From Streptosporangiales bacterium (GTDB lineage Bacteria; Actinomycetota; Actinomycetes; Streptosporangiales; WHST01): a stretch of 64,000 nt of DNA. The notes below the pieces were generated by a model. That model was given only the letters and a program-made list of their open reading frames with translations, ran no database searches and was not told the origin of the DNA. Of the stretch, positions 44,517 through 54,338 are shown piece by piece. Position numbers and translations under genes: made by a program. Where the stretch lies: the NCBI GenBank assembly GCA_009379955.1, contig WHST01000013.1, positions 8,941 to 72,940 of the forward strand. Direction: 5' to 3'. Positions within the stretch are counted from its first letter, which is position 1, and every line of letters begins with the position of its first letter.

Positions 44517-45671
44517 CCGGCTTCGGCGTGCGTCCCGCCTGCAGCGCGCGGTGCCGCTCGCCGATCTTGCCCTCGGCGACGAGCGTGCCGAGGACGTCCA
44601 TGATCGCGCGGCAGCCGAGCTGCGCGGTCACGTCGCTGACGTCGTACGGCGGAGCGATCTCGACGACCTCCATGCCGCAGATCCCCTCCTTGGCGATCAT
44701 CCGCAGTGCCTTGAGGGCCTCCCGCGGCAACAGCCCACCTGGCTCGGGCGAGCCGGTACCCGGCGCTATGCCGCCGTCGACCGAGTCGATGTCGAACGAC
44801 AGGAACACCGCGTCTGCGTCCTCCCACGCGACCTCGAGCGCGATCTCGACGGCCTTCTCGATGCCGAGCTCCTCGATGTCGCCGATGGTCATGACGGTCG
44901 TGTCCTTCTCGCGGGCGGACGCGATGCCCGGGCGCGACCCGTACCAGCCGCCGATGCCCATCTGCACGAGGTTGCCCGGAGGGACGTTCGGGATGTTCGT
45001 CGCGTGGAACCAGTGGGTGGTGTGCATCCGCTCGTCCATGTCGGACTCCTGGATGTCGATGTGGCGGTCGAAGTGGATGATGCCGACCTTGCCGTCGACG
45101 TGCTTGGCTAGCGCCCTGACGTCGGCATAGCCGATCGAGTGGTCGCCGCCGACGATCACGGGGAACACGTTCTCCGACGCCACGTGCGAGACGGCGCGGT
45201 CGATCTGGTCGAACGTCTTCTCGATGTTCGAGGGGATGACGAACACGTCACCGGCGTCGCACAGCGACAGCTCCTCCACAGGTCGACGGCGAGGTCGAGG
45301 CTGTAGGAGTCGTAGAGCGCCGATATTCGGCGGACGGCCTGCGGTCCGAACCGGCAGCCGGACCGGTAGGTCGTGCCCATGTCGAACGGCGCACCGAGGA
45401 ACGCGACGTCGTACCTGCCGATGTCGTGGACGTCCTCGCAGTACGGCGCCTTGAGGAACGTGTTGATGCCCGCGAACGCCGGCTGGGCGCCGCGGGAGAA
45501 CGTGGAGATCCGGCGGTCCTGCACCGAGGGCGCGGCCTCGAGACCGTAGTCCAGCCCACGCTCGACCTCTTCGCGCTGCTTGCGGTCGCTGATGTCCGCC
45601 AGCCTGCGCAGGCCGCGCATTCCCTGGAGCTGACTGCGGTCGAAACCGCTCCTGGTGCGATGGTCAGCCAT
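44482..45671 (-). pseudogene. agmatinase/guanidinobutyrase (ureohydrolase, SpeB family) interrupted by a 1-nt frameshift
   Basis: The N-terminal part (45156..45671 frame) reads ...GAPFDMGTTYRSGCRFGPQAVR...SLDLAVDL. The C-terminal part (44482..45279 frame) reads VEELSLCDAGDV...GGDHSIGY...FDRHID...SFDIDSVD, carrying the Mn-binding motifs. 1190 nt is one nt short of being in frame. The junction is at about 45277-45281. Confidence 0.7.
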
Positions 45672-45683
45672 CTCTCCTCCGTT

Positions 45684-47195
45684 TCACGGCGTCCCCGCGG
45701 ACGCCTCGTCCGTGATCGCGACACCCGGCTCGACGCCGCCGCCGTGCGCCAGGTCGGGCCGCCGAGCCGCGAAGTAGACCGCGCCGACCACGCCGAACAC
45801 GGCCATGCCGACGAGCACGGCCCAGTTCTGGTACCACGGCGCGTCGGGAGTCCTCGGCCACGCGATGTTCACGAGCTCGAAGGTCAGCCAGACGGCGGCG
45901 GCGACGTTCACCACGAAGGCCACGGTGTTGCCCGCCCGGCTCCGCGCCGTTCCCTGCCAGGTCCCCCGGAGCCGCCGGACGAGCAGCGCGACGACCGGAC
46001 TCAGGAACCCCACGTAGTACGCGCCGGTGGCGAACGCGACGAGCACCGACAGTGCGTTGGCGTAGACGAAGGCGAGGGACGCGAGCGCCGCGACGAGCAG
46101 CACCGCGTAGACCGGGGACTGGTTGACGCGCGAGACGCGGCGCCACACCTTCGACAGCGGGATCATGCCGTCCCTGGAGTACGAGTACACGACGCGCACG
46201 CCGGTCGCCTGGACGGCGATCCCGCACGCGACGAACGCCACGACCACGACGGCGAGGAACGGCTTCTCCGCCCACGACCCGAGACCCGCGACGACCGCCA
46301 CGGACACCGGGTCGGCGACCGCGCCGGACAGCACGGCACCGATGTCGGGCGAGGCGAGGATCAGCGCCACGGCGGCCAGGAGGTCGACGAGGCCGACCGT
46401 CACCAGCGAGATGAGGATCGCTCGCGGCACCTCGCGGGTCGGGTTGCGCGTCTCCTCCGCGACGCTGCCGCACGAGTCGAAGCCGAGGATCACCCAGCCG
46501 GCGATGCCCACCGCGGCGATGAACGCGGGGAGGAACGGCGCGTTGCCGGGCGTCGCCTGCGTGTCGACGAGGACGCCGAACGGCTGCTCGCGGAAGAACG
46601 AGATCAGCGCGATCCCGATGCCGACGCTCGCCACCAGCTCGCAGGCGATGCCGATGTTCACGACCCACCGCAGCAGGTTGAGGCCGATCACGTTCACCGT
46701 CGTGAAGAGCGCCATCACGATCAGCGCGAGGACCACGCCGACCCAGGGCGCGTCGTCCTGCCAGCCGATCAGGTGTCCGAGGAAGAAGCCGCCGCTGTAC
46801 GCCACGGTCGAGAGGGTCAGGATGAGCGCCCACAGGTAGATCCACCCGGACCACCAGCCGTACGCGGGACCGGCGAGGCGGCGCGACCACTGGTAGATGC
46901 CGCCGGCGATCGGCCAGCGCCTGGCCAGCTCCATGTACACCAGGCCGACGAGGATCTGGCCGACGACCACGACGGGGATCGCCCACACCCAGGCCGGGCC
47001 GGCCGTCTGCGCGCCGAGCGCGACCACGGTGTACAGGCCGACGATCGGCGAGATGAACGCGAACCCGAGCGCCCAGCTTGTCCAGAAACGCAGGATCCTG
47101 GGCAGCTCCTGTCGATAACCCAGCTCCTCCAGGAGCCTCTCGTCGTCGGGGGCGGCGGTCGCCTCGGCGGTCGCGCGTTCACGTGAGCGGTCCAT
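45684..47195 (-). CDS. APC family amino acid/polyamine permease
   Basis: 503-aa, roughly 12-TM ORF. It is 13 nt upstream of the ureohydrolase gene on the same strand. Confidence 0.9.
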   Translation of the reverse strand: MDRSRERATAEATAAPDDERLLEELGYRQELPRILRFWTSWALGFAFISPIVGLYTVVALGAQTAGPAWVWAIPVVVVGQILVGLVYMELARRWPIAGGIYQWSRRLAGPAYGWWSGWIYLWALILTLSTVAYSGGFFLGHLIGWQDDAPWVGVVLALIVMALFTTVNVIGLNLLRWVVNIGIACELVASVGIGIALISFFREQPFGVLVDTQATPGNAPFLPAFIAAVGIAGWVILGFDSCGSVAEETRNPTREVPRAILISLVTVGLVDLLAAVALILASPDIGAVLSGAVADPVSVAVVAGLGSWAEKPFLAVVVVAFVACGIAVQATGVRVVYSYSRDGMIPLSKVWRRVSRVNQSPVYAVLLVAALASLAFVYANALSVLVAFATGAYYVGFLSPVVALLVRRLRGTWQGTARSRAGNTVAFVVNVAAAVWLTFELVNIAWPRTPDAPWYQNWAVLVGMAVFGVVGAVYFAARRPDLAHGGGVEPGVAITDEASAGTP

Positions 47196-47260
47196 GGCTG
47201 CACCCGGCCTTCGTCATGGCCCCCGCTGTGTCCTGTCACTTCGGGCCTGTCACCTGCTGC

Positions 47261-47282
47261 AGACAACTGGGACCAGTTGTCT
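47261..47282. promoter_or_regulatory. perfect inverted repeat AGACAACTGG-GA-CCAGTTGTCT, candidate GntR/HutC operator
   Basis: Lies in the divergent region between the permease start (47195) and the GntR start (47420). The ACTGG/CCAGT half-sites resemble HutC/DasR-type sites. Confidence 0.45.
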
Positions 47283-47419
47283 GGTGGCTCTGTCTACGGG
47301 AGCCGGAATCCGGCGTCAATACCTGGAATGGCCAGCTGACGTGGCGCCCGCGACGTGACATCGCGGCCTGTCCGATGGAGACTTGTCCGGTTGTCCTAAC
47401 CGAGCCGGGAGGTGCCGGT

Positions 47420-48232
47420 GTGCGAACGACCAGGCAGGAGCGACCGGGGCCGGCGACCGAGAACACCCTTGTCCGGTCGAGCTTCGTCCCCTTGTACTAC
47501 CAGCTGCAGGAGATCCTCAAGGAGCAGATCGAATCCGGCGTCTGGGGTCCCGGCGACGCGCTCCCGTCCGAGCCGACGCTCGCCACCCGCTACCAGGTCA
47601 GCCGCGTCGTCGTCCGGCAGGCACTGGCGATCCTCGAGGACGACCACCAGATCGTCCGGATCAGGGGTCGCGGCACGTTCGTCACCGAGCCGAAGATCGA
47701 CATGCCCGCCGGCGGCCTGTCGCGGCTGCTGACCGAGGCGCGCGACCCGGAGCTGTGCATCCTCGTGCTCGACAAGAGCCACCCGGTGGTCGAGCAGAGC
47801 ATCCGCACCCACCTCGACGCGCGCGACGACGACGACATCCTGCGGGTGACCACGCTGCTCTCCCTGCGCGACAAGCCGTTGGCCATCACCTACTCGTTCT
47901 TCCGGCGCGACGACGTCGACTGGCTCGACCGGCGTACGCAGGCGGGCCGGGCGCTCGCGTCCGACCTGACGCTCGCGGAGCACGATCTCGAGCTGTCGAC
48001 CTCCCACGTCTCGATCGAGACGAGCCACTGCGGCCAGTTCGAGGCCGACCGCTTCGGCATCGCAGTGCGGTCCGGCGTCTTCCTCGTGCACTCGACGGAG
48101 TACGTCCCCACGCCGGGCGGCAGCCGACCGCTGGAGTTCGCCCGCGCCGAGTACCGCGGCGACATGGTGCAGTTCCGGCTGTGCAGCAACACCGAGGCGT
48201 GCTGGTTCAGCACCGGCCTGACCGTCCGCTGA
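47420..48232 (+). CDS. GntR family (HutC subfamily, UTRA domain) transcriptional regulator
   Basis: Start set at the GTG at 47420 after GGGAGG. wHTH LPSEPTLATRYQVSRVVVRQALAILEDDHQIVRIRGRGTFV. Confidence 0.85.
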   Translation: MRTTRQERPGPATENTLVRSSFVPLYYQLQEILKEQIESGVWGPGDALPSEPTLATRYQVSRVVVRQALAILEDDHQIVRIRGRGTFVTEPKIDMPAGGLSRLLTEARDPELCILVLDKSHPVVEQSIRTHLDARDDDDILRVTTLLSLRDKPLAITYSFFRRDDVDWLDRRTQAGRALASDLTLAEHDLELSTSHVSIETSHCGQFEADRFGIAVRSGVFLVHSTEYVPTPGGSRPLEFARAEYRGDMVQFRLCSNTEACWFSTGLTVR

Positions 48233-48250
48233 CCGGGCGGGAAGCCCCGT

Positions 48251-48290
48251 GGGGCCGTGCGCCGCAAGGCCCCGAGAAGCGCACGGCCCC
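48251..48290 (+). terminator. GC-rich hairpin downstream of the GntR gene
   Basis: GGGGCCGTGCGC (48251-48262), 16-nt loop, GCGCACGGCCCC (48279-48290). Begins 19 nt after the stop. Confidence 0.45.
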
Positions 48291-48429
48291 ACCTCCGACC
48301 GCGGAGACACCTCACGCGGCGGCGACCGAGAGGCCACCTGATGGCGGCTCCTCGGTTGCGGCAGCTTACGGCTCCGGCGTCATGCTCACAGAGGAAACAT
48401 CGATACACACGCTGCGTGACCGGTGACCC

Positions 48430-48579
48430 TCAGTCGTCGGGCCCGGGGACCTCCGTGCCGCAGTCCGCGCACCGGGTCGGCGGCTCGTCGTCGGCGAGCC
48501 GGCCGCAGGCCGGACAGACCCGGTTGGCCCAGCAGGCGGCGTCGCCGCCCTCGTCACCGGGATCGGGCGTCATCACCAC
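48430..48579 (-). CDS. small zinc-ribbon-like protein (hypothetical)
   Basis: This is the terminal part of the long track ORF. It reads VVMTPDPGDEGGDAACWANRVCPACGRLADDEPPTRCADCGTEVPGPDD, with paired CxxC motifs. AGGAGG lies 7 nt upstream of the GTG at 48579. Confidence 0.35.
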   Translation of the reverse strand: MVMTPDPGDEGGDAACWANRVCPACGRLADDEPPTRCADCGTEVPGPDD

Positions 48580-48735
48580 GCGACAGCCTCCTGACCTCAC
48601 CCGGCTGCGGGAACCGGACCCGGTGTCGTCGCCGTCTGGCTCCGCATGAGCCTGCCGGTCGCCAACCGCACGCACGACCACGATAATGCCGTCGGCGCCG
48701 GGATCCGGCGCCACCGTCACGACGACGAGGTGGCC

Positions 48736-49791
48736 ATGCGTACCGCGAATGACCCTGGGATCGCGCCGGGCGCGATCGTCTGGGGAGCGCTCGGCCTCAT
48801 CCTGGGCATCATCTCCGTCGCCGTCCCGTGGTCGGGGACATGGAGCTCCGCCGGCGGCAGCCTCGAGGAAACGACCGTCGGTTTCGTGGACATGGGCGCC
48901 GGTGCGGTCCTGTTCGCCGGCGCCATGCTCCTCGCGGCCGCGTCGATCCCGGTGGTCCTCAAGTGCAACGGGACGGCGCGCACCATCGTCGCCCTCGGGG
49001 GCATGGGCGCCGCGGCGGTCGCCGCGGTGGGTCTCGGGCTCGCACAGCTGCGGCTCCGCGCGATGCACCTGGAGCTGACCAGGAGTTGGGCACAGCTCGC
49101 CGACGACGCCGGTGAGACCCACATCGCGGTGCAGATGGGCCCGGCGATCGCCGGCCTGTGCCTGGCCCTCCTGGTGGTCGCGATCACCCGCGCGGCGTGG
49201 CCGGCGCAGCCCGTGCGGTGCTACGGCCTGGCCTCGCTCGCCGCACTGATCATCAGCTTCATGTACCCGTGGGGATACCAGCGCGCGGCGTTCGGCACGG
49301 ACGTCGTGATCCGCGACGTCTGGTTCATCAGCTTCGGCTTCCTCGGCTTTGCCATCGCGGCGGCGGGCGCGTACGCCGTCGTCGCGGTGATCCTCACCGT
49401 CTACTTCGAGCGGCGGGCCTGGTGGCCGGCCGTCGCCGCGGTCTCCGCGCCTCTGATCCTCCTCGTGGTCGCGGTGGGCTTCGTCGACAACGACCAGATC
49501 GCGACCACCTTCGAGGGCGCCAGCAAGGTCGACGGCCCGGTGGACAACACCTACATCGCCTGCCTCTACCTGCTGGTCGGCCTCGTGACCGCGATCTGCC
49601 TGCTCGTCACCGCCGTGCGCGCGGACCGGCGCCCGACCACCGTCACCGTCCCGGCAATCGACCCGCGATCCGGTCCGCCGCCGATGCCGATGCACCCTCC
49701 CTACGCCCCGCCGGCATCCCCGTACGTCCAGCCGGGACCGCCGCCCGGCCCTCAGGCGCCGCCTCCACCGGGCCCACGGCAGCCCTGGTAG
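48736..49791 (+). CDS. hypothetical polytopic membrane protein with Pro-rich C-terminal tail
   Basis: Start set at the ATG at 48736. About 8 hydrophobic segments, with tail PPPMPMHPPYAPPASPYVQPGPPPGPQAPPPPGPRQPW. Confidence 0.55.
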   Translation: MRTANDPGIAPGAIVWGALGLILGIISVAVPWSGTWSSAGGSLEETTVGFVDMGAGAVLFAGAMLLAAASIPVVLKCNGTARTIVALGGMGAAAVAAVGLGLAQLRLRAMHLELTRSWAQLADDAGETHIAVQMGPAIAGLCLALLVVAITRAAWPAQPVRCYGLASLAALIISFMYPWGYQRAAFGTDVVIRDVWFISFGFLGFAIAAAGAYAVVAVILTVYFERRAWWPAVAAVSAPLILLVVAVGFVDNDQIATTFEGASKVDGPVDNTYIACLYLLVGLVTAICLLVTAVRADRRPTTVTVPAIDPRSGPPPMPMHPPYAPPASPYVQPGPPPGPQAPPPPGPRQPW

Positions 49792-49845
49792 CGACCCCGG
49801 GGATCCGCTGGAACCGAACGCGGCGGCGGTGCCGTCTGTGGGGGC

Positions 49846-50136
49846 ATGAGTTCGCTGGTCGCCTCCCGCAGCACGGTTGTCACCCACAAGATCATCGGCA
49901 TCGCCGCACTCGCGACCGCACTCCTGCCGGCTCTCGCCCTCACCTTCCTGCACCTGCGGGTCAGGGCTGCCGCCATGCGCACCGCGGAGCGGTGGAGCGA
50001 CGTCCAGCGTCAGGCATCGGAGCTGAGCGCATCCGTCGTGTCCACCGGTCAGGCCGCGCCGCTGCTCGCCGTTATCGCGATGCTCGCCGTCATCGTCGCG
50101 CTTGCCCTGACCAGGGCGGCACGACTCGACGGCTGA
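49846..50136 (+). CDS. hypothetical small membrane protein (2 TM)
   Basis: 96-aa ORF with two hydrophobic helices flanking a charged loop. Confidence 0.4.
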   Translation: MSSLVASRSTVVTHKIIGIAALATALLPALALTFLHLRVRAAAMRTAERWSDVQRQASELSASVVSTGQAAPLLAVIAMLAVIVALALTRAARLDG

Positions 50137-50148
50137 GCGGTACCGGCG

Positions 50149-52431
50149 TCAGGCGGCCGCCGCCTGCTGCGGCTGCTCCTCGTTGTCGTCCGAGCCCATC
50201 GAGACCGGCCTGCGCTTCGAGATGAGCACGGCCGCCACCAGGATCCCCACCGCGACCAACGCGACCACGACGCGCAGCCCGATGTTGTCCGCATACGCGA
50301 CCACGGACGGAGCGATGAGCAACGCGACGAGGTTCATCACCTTGAGTAGCGGGTTGATCGCGGGCCCCGCGGTGTCCTTGAACGGGTCGCCGACCGTGTC
50401 GCCGATCACCGTCGCCTCGTGCGCCGGCGAGCCCTTGCCGCCGTGGAAGCCGTCCTCGACGAGCTTCTTCGCGTTGTCCCAGGCGCCGCCGGAGTTGGCG
50501 AGGAAGACCGCCATCAGCGTGCCGCACGCGATCGCGCCGCCGAGATAGGCGCCGAGCGGCGCGTAGCCGAGGCCGAAGCCGACCGCGATCGGGGCGAGTA
50601 CGGCGAGCAGGCCCGGCGTCGCGAGCTCGCGCAGCGAGTCCTTCGTGCAGATGTCGACGACACGGCTGTAGTCGGGCCGCTCGGAGAAGTCCATGATCCC
50701 CGGGTGCTCGCGGAACTGCTTGCGTACCTCGAACACGACCCGACCCGCGGCGCGACTGACCGCCGTGATCGCGAGTCCGGCGAAGAAGAACACGACCGCG
50801 GCGCCGATCATCAGGCCGACGAGGATGTTGGGGCTGTCGATGGAGAGCCCGAACGTCTCACCCTCGGGCAGGGCACCCTCGACCGCGGACTTGAACGAGC
50901 CGAACAGCGCCGTGGCGGCGAGCACGGCGGTCGCGATCGCGATGCCCTTGGTGATCGCCTTGGTGGTGTTGCCCACGGCGTCGAGGCGGGTCAGCACCTC
51001 GGCGCCCTCGCCCTTCACGTCGCCGGACATCTCGGCGATGCCCTGGGCGTTGTCGGAGACCGGGCCGAAGGTGTCGGACGACACGATCACGCCGACCGTC
51101 GTCAGCAGACCGGTGCCTGCGAGCGCCACGGCGAAGAGCGCGACCTGGGCGTTGCCCGAGCCGAGCAGGAACGCGCCGTAGACGGCGGCGCCGATGAGCA
51201 GCGCGGTGTAGACGGCCGACTCGAGGCCGACCGAGATACCGGCCAGGATCACCGTCGCGGGACCGGTGCGCGAGGTCTCGCCGATCTCCCTGACCGGGCG
51301 GCGGTTGGTCTCGGTGAAGTAGCCGGTGAGCACCTGGATGACGCTGGCGAGCAGGAGGCCGATGACGACCGCACCGATCGCGATGAAACGTGGGTTGCCG
51401 TCGAAGTCCGCGACCTCGCTGTTGGTGAGCTGGTCGAAGCTGTTCGGCAGGAAGACGAAGGCGGCGATCACCACGAGGATCGCGGAGATGATCGCGGAGA
51501 CGAAGAAGCCGCGGTTGATCGCGGTCATGCCGCTGCGGTCACGTGCCCGCGGCGAGACGACGAAGATGCCGACGACGGCGGTGATGACACCGATCATGGG
51601 GACGATGAGCGGGAAGATGAGGCCCGCGTCGCCGAACGCGATCTTGCCGAGGATCAGGGACGCGACGAGGACGACGGCGTACGACTCGAACAGGTCGGCG
51701 GCCATGCCCGCGCAGTCGCCGACGTTGTCGCCCACGTTGTCGGCGATCGTCGCGGCGTTGCGCGGGTCGTCCTCGGGGATGCCCTGCTCGACCTTGCCCA
51801 CCAGGTCGGCGCCGACGTCGGCGGCCTTGGTGTAGATGCCGCCGCCGACCCGCATGAACATCGCGAGCAGCGCGGCGCCGAAGCCGAAGCCCTCGAGAAC
51901 GGTGGGGGCGTCGGAGTGGTAGACGAACACGACGATCGCGGCACCGAGCAGGCCCAACCCGACGGTGAACATGCCCGCGACCCCGCCGGTGCGGAACGCG
52001 ATCCGCATCGCCCTGTGCTCGCCGTCCGCCTCGCGGGCGGCCGCGGCGACGCGGACGTTGCCGCGCACGGCGAGCCACATGCCGGCGAAGCCGGTGAGGG
52101 CGGAGAACCCGGCGCCGACGATGAAGAACGCGGAGCGGCCGATGCGGACGGACATCGACTCGGCCGGCAGCAGCGACAGCAGCACGACGAGGATGACCAC
52201 GAACGGCGCGAGGGTGAGGAACTGGCGCTTGAGGTACGCCGCCGCGCCCTCCTGCACCGCGCCCGCGATGTTCTGCATGCGCTCGGTGCCCTGGCCGGCC
52301 GCGAGCACCTCGCGGACCAGCGCACCTGCGACGGCGAGTGCCAGGAGCGCCACCACACCGACGATCACGACGATCGTGATGTTCGCGCCGCTCAGGCTGA
52401 AGCTCTCGGCGCTGAGGGTCAGGCCGGACAT
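50149..52431 (-). CDS. hppA: membrane-bound ion-translocating inorganic pyrophosphatase
   Basis: 760-aa polytopic ORF with hallmark motifs GGIYTKAADVGADLVGK, DNVGDNVGD and AWDNAKK. Confidence 0.95.
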   Translation of the reverse strand: MSGLTLSAESFSLSGANITIVVIVGVVALLALAVAGALVREVLAAGQGTERMQNIAGAVQEGAAAYLKRQFLTLAPFVVILVVLLSLLPAESMSVRIGRSAFFIVGAGFSALTGFAGMWLAVRGNVRVAAAAREADGEHRAMRIAFRTGGVAGMFTVGLGLLGAAIVVFVYHSDAPTVLEGFGFGAALLAMFMRVGGGIYTKAADVGADLVGKVEQGIPEDDPRNAATIADNVGDNVGDCAGMAADLFESYAVVLVASLILGKIAFGDAGLIFPLIVPMIGVITAVVGIFVVSPRARDRSGMTAINRGFFVSAIISAILVVIAAFVFLPNSFDQLTNSEVADFDGNPRFIAIGAVVIGLLLASVIQVLTGYFTETNRRPVREIGETSRTGPATVILAGISVGLESAVYTALLIGAAVYGAFLLGSGNAQVALFAVALAGTGLLTTVGVIVSSDTFGPVSDNAQGIAEMSGDVKGEGAEVLTRLDAVGNTTKAITKGIAIATAVLAATALFGSFKSAVEGALPEGETFGLSIDSPNILVGLMIGAAVVFFFAGLAITAVSRAAGRVVFEVRKQFREHPGIMDFSERPDYSRVVDICTKDSLRELATPGLLAVLAPIAVGFGLGYAPLGAYLGGAIACGTLMAVFLANSGGAWDNAKKLVEDGFHGGKGSPAHEATVIGDTVGDPFKDTAGPAINPLLKVMNLVALLIAPSVVAYADNIGLRVVVALVAVGILVAAVLISKRRPVSMGSDDNEEQPQQAAAA

Positions 52432-52455
52432 CCGTCCTCCTTGGTGAGGTGCACG

Positions 52456-52492
52456 CCCGGAACGTGTTCGAAGACGAACGTGCCGTTCCGGG
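52456..52492. promoter_or_regulatory. two-tier hairpin in the hppA leader / divergent promoter region
   Basis: Outer stem CCCGGAACG (52456-52464) / CGTTCCGGG (52484-52492). Inner stem GTTCG / CGAAC. Lies 25-61 nt upstream of the hppA start. Confidence 0.3.
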
Positions 52493-52664
52493 GTTCAAGT
52501 ACCGACGAGTGGCCGCGAATGGGCGGCTGCGCGGCGAGTGTAGCGGCCACCCGCGCCCGCACGACAGCGGGGACCGGGCGTGATGCCCCCACATCCGGGC
52601 GAGCGGATGGGATCATCGGTGCCGACACGGCCGATCCGCCGTACCCCGCGAGAGGAAGATCACA

Positions 52665-54323
52665 ATGTCCGACGAGTGGCGCTGGTGGCTCGGTAACCGC
52701 GATTACTTCCTGCGTGACCGCACCGAGCAGCTGGCCGACGAGCTGTCGCGCGCGTCGTCGGAGACGAGCCGCATCTCGTCCCAGCTGCGCCACGTCCAGG
52801 GCACGCTCGAGCAACGCGTGAACCGCCTCGCCACCGCGTTCGACGCCTTCATCGAGCTCTCCGACCTGCGCACCGACCTCAACGCGTTCACCGACGCCGC
52901 CGCGGCCAGGCACCGGGTACGCCGCATCGTCGTCGGCGGCATCGAGGGCGACAGCGCGCTCGCCGACGACCTCGAGGACGTCGACGGGTACTGGCTCGTC
53001 CCGGCCGCGCGGGCGTTCGCCGCCCTGGGCAGGGGCGACGAGTCCGCGGCCGCGGTCCCGCTCGCGGAGGCCACCCGCCTCGACGCGACGCGCACCCGGC
53101 TCTTCCTCCTCACCGCCCTCGGCGTCGCCAAGGCTCCGGCGCTCGCGCTGCCCTGGCTGGGCGAGGCGCTCGGCGAGCTCACCCCGGGGCCGGTGACCCA
53201 CGCGCAGCGGGCACTCTGGCTGGCGGCGGCGGAGGGCCGCTTCGGCCCGGAGGGTCGCGCACTCCTCACCGAGCGGCTCGCCCGCGCCGTCGGCGCCCTC
53301 CCGGCCGACCAGGTGGAGGTCGAGACGAAGGCCTGGCTGGACACGATCCGCCACCTGCCCTCGCCCCGGACGAGCCGGCTACCCGACCAGTTCGCCAGGG
53401 ACGCCAGGTACGGCACGGCGCTGAGCGCCGCGGCGGTGCTCGGCGCCCTGCGCCTGCACTGCGAACAGACCCTCATGCCGTCGACCGGCGTCACCGAGGA
53501 CGCCGCCGTCCAGCGCGCGCCGCAGCGTCAGCTGCCTCCGGCGGTCTTGCGACAGTCCACCGACGCGCCCCCCGCCGGGACCGATCCGGCTCCCGGGCAG
53601 GACGACGACCCGCTGCGCGACATCGTGGTCACGCTCGTCGACGAGGGCAGCCCCGACGAGGCACCGGTGCTCCGGCGGGTCGCCGAGCTCAGGCGGGTCA
53701 TCTCGTCCAACGGACAGGCACCGTCGGAGGAGACACGCCCGGGCTGGCGCGACGAGGCCGGCGACCTCGTCACCTTCGTCCGCCAGGACGCGTTCGACCG
53801 CGACGCCGGAGTCGCCATGGCGGCCGGGGTGGCGCTGCGCGCCTGCGCGCCGCTCGCCGATGCCGTCGCGGAACGCCTCGCCGCCGACACCGTGATCGCG
53901 GTGCCCGACGAGTCGACCGTGACGATCGAGGGCGTCGCCGTCCGGGTCACGGCGGAGGGCCCGCGGTCAGCGGACGTCCGCGCGCTCGACGAGGCCATCG
54001 CCGAGCGCGCGCCGGGCGCCACACCCGAGCGCCTCGGCTACGGCATCGCCGCGGTCGGCGTCCTGCTGTTCGTCGCGGGTCTCGCGACCGAGGTGGGTCT
54101 CGTCGTCCTCGGTGTGCTCGCCGTGGTCGCCGGTGGGGGCTACGGGATCTACGCGACAAGGACCCGCCTCGCCGCCCGCGCCGAGAGCCGCGTCACGCAG
54201 GATCTCGCGCACGGTCGTGCCGACACGGCCGCGAAGGCGGTCGGCGAGCTCGCCGGCGTGATGCGGGACGGCACGGCGAACGTCGCCGACGACAAGACCG
54301 CGGTCCACGCTCTGCTGTCGTAG
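52665..54323 (+). CDS. hypothetical protein, coiled-coil-like N-terminus and two C-terminal TM helices
   Basis: 552-aa ORF after GAGAGGAAG. I recognised no domain. The TM pair is LGYGIAAVGVLLFVAGLATEVGLVVLGVLAVVAGGGYGIYA. Confidence 0.6.
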   Translation: MSDEWRWWLGNRDYFLRDRTEQLADELSRASSETSRISSQLRHVQGTLEQRVNRLATAFDAFIELSDLRTDLNAFTDAAAARHRVRRIVVGGIEGDSALADDLEDVDGYWLVPAARAFAALGRGDESAAAVPLAEATRLDATRTRLFLLTALGVAKAPALALPWLGEALGELTPGPVTHAQRALWLAAAEGRFGPEGRALLTERLARAVGALPADQVEVETKAWLDTIRHLPSPRTSRLPDQFARDARYGTALSAAAVLGALRLHCEQTLMPSTGVTEDAAVQRAPQRQLPPAVLRQSTDAPPAGTDPAPGQDDDPLRDIVVTLVDEGSPDEAPVLRRVAELRRVISSNGQAPSEETRPGWRDEAGDLVTFVRQDAFDRDAGVAMAAGVALRACAPLADAVAERLAADTVIAVPDESTVTIEGVAVRVTAEGPRSADVRALDEAIAERAPGATPERLGYGIAAVGVLLFVAGLATEVGLVVLGVLAVVAGGGYGIYATRTRLAARAESRVTQDLAHGRADTAAKAVGELAGVMRDGTANVADDKTAVHALLS

Positions 54324-54338
54324 CGTGACCGGACCGAC

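Noticed and set aside
48580-49953. Upstream 458 codons of the 507-aa minus-strand ORF
   Set aside because: It is Arg/Asp/Gly-rich and antisense to a hydrophobic polytopic membrane ORF on the plus strand. Only the terminal zinc-ribbon-like part was kept, at low confidence.
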